Below, one piece after another: positions 9,035 to 10,412 of a stretch of 10,412 nt of DNA (positions within the stretch are counted from its first letter, which is position 1; the number at the start of each line of letters is the position of its first letter). Below the pieces are notes generated by a model, which made no database searches, was not told where the DNA came from, and saw only the letters and a list, made by a program, of their open reading frames with translations. Made by a program: the position numbers and the translations under genes. The stretch comes from Octopus sinensis (taxonomy: Eukaryota): the NCBI RefSeq assembly GCF_006345805.1, contig NW_021827414.1:1-10412 (forward strand). Direction: 5' to 3'.

Positions 9035-9230
9035 AGCAGGGAACTGGCAGAAACGTTAGCACGCTGGACAAAATGCTTGGCGACATTTCGTCCGTCATTA
9101 CGTTCTGAGTTCAAATTCCGCCAAGGTAGCCGTTCATCGATTCGGGGCCGTTAAAATAAGTACCAGTTCAACACTAGGCTCGATGTAATCGTCAACCTCC
9201 TCCCTCAAAATTGCTGGCGTTCTGACAAAA
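9035..9230 (+). mobile_element. tRNA-derived SINE copy S1, short-tail type, diverged
   Basis: CTGGCAGAAACGTTAGC head, GAGTTCAAATTCC B-box, AAGTACCAG and GATGTAATCG core. Confidence 0.9.
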
Positions 9231-9397
9231 GCGGCATTTCTTCTGCCTAAGTTCTGAGTTCAAATTCCACTGAGGTCGACTTTGCCTCTCATCCTTTTGG
9301 GGTTAATAAGATAAGTACCGGTAGAGCACTGGGGTCGATGTAATCATCTAGTCCCCTCCCTACAAATTCTAGGCCTTGTGCTTATACTAGAACAGAA
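9231..9397 (+). mobile_element. 5'-truncated SINE copy S2, short-tail type
   Basis: Starts at internal GCGGCATTTC; B-box GAGTTCAAATTCC; GTCGACTTTGCC; GGGGTCGATGTAATC; tail CCCCTCCC...GGCCTTGTGC. Confidence 0.9.
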
Positions 9398-9410
9398 AAA
9401 AAAATATTAA

Positions 9411-9733
<323 letters not shown>

Positions 9734-9738
9734 CTAAC

Positions 9739-9982
9739 GTTTCTTATTTCTCATTTCTTTACTACCCACAAGGGGCTAAACACAGAGAGGACAAACAAGG
9801 ACAGACAAACGGATTAAGTCGATTACATCAATCCCAGTGTGTAACTGATACTCATTTAATCGACCCCGAAAGGATGAAAGGCAAAGTCGACCTTGGCAGA
9901 ATTTGAACTCAGAACGTAGCGGCAGACGAAATACCGCTAAGCATTTCGTCCTGCGTGCTAACGTTTCCGCCAGCTCGCCGCC
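9739..9982 (-). mobile_element. Full-length SINE copy S4, long-tail type
   Basis: Homologous to 2898-3126; tail ends in AGAAAT-like repeats (AAAGAAATGAGAAATAAGAAAC on the minus strand). Confidence 0.93.
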
Positions 9983-10003
9983 ATGAAAGGATTATTGATA
10001 TTG

Positions 10004-10210
10004 AGACAGCGAGCTGGCAAAATCGTTAAAATGGTGGGCAAAATGCTTAATACCGATTCGTTCATCTGAGTTCAAATCCCGCCGTGGTTGACTTTGCCTT
10101 TTATCCTTTCGGGGTCCATTAAATTAGTACCAGTTTAGCGCCGGAGTCGATCTAATCAACTAACTCCGCCTCCAAACTTACTGGTGATCTTTTGCCAAAC
10201 TTGAAAGCAA
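10004..10210 (+). mobile_element. Diverged SINE copy S5, short-tail type
   Basis: GCGAGCTGGCAAAATCGTTA head, GAGTTCAAATCCC B-box, GACTTTGCCTTTTATCCTTTCGGGGTC core. Confidence 0.88.
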
Positions 10211-10228
10211 CATTATAGATTTACGTCG

Positions 10229-10353
10229 AGGCTGCAAGATGGCAGAATCGTTAGAACGTCGGGCGAAACGCTTAGCGGCACTTCGTCAGTCCTGCCGTTC
10301 TGAATTCATATTCTGCCGGGACCGACTTTACTTTTCATTCTTTTGGGATCGAC
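10229..10353 (+). mobile_element. 3'-truncated SINE copy S6
   Basis: TGGCAGAATCGTTAG head, degenerate B-box GAATTCATATTC; similarity ends at GGGATCGAC. Confidence 0.85.
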
Positions 10354-10370
10354 AGGATTATTTTTGCTGT

Positions 10371-10412
10371 CTTTCTTCTTCTTCTTCTTCTTCTTCTTCT
10401 TCTTCTTCTTCT
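10371..10412. repeat. (CTT)n microsatellite running to the window edge
   Basis: Direct reading. Confidence 0.95.

Overview
AT-rich, microsatellite-dense eukaryotic DNA, most likely intronic or intergenic. I recognise the SINE families from memory as octopus (cephalopod) repeats; this is recall, not a database result. No protein-coding gene can be called with confidence, and nearly all ORFs in the track are read-throughs of simple repeats or SINEs. Supported content: seven copies of one tRNA-derived SINE group (one at 2.9-3.1 kb, six clustered at 9.0-10.4 kb in a ++--++ arrangement); a second, apparently chimeric tRNA-SINE at 480-713; a ~190 bp MITE-like element with 51 bp terminal inverted repeats; a 471 bp-period duplication ending in a fold-back inversion; a possible Penelope-type terminal remnant; two small unique islands with splice-like signals; and a 1.45 kb degenerate (GGT)n tract. 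I see no prokaryotic system or CRISPR array. The interesting signals concern repeat architecture and potential RNA structure.
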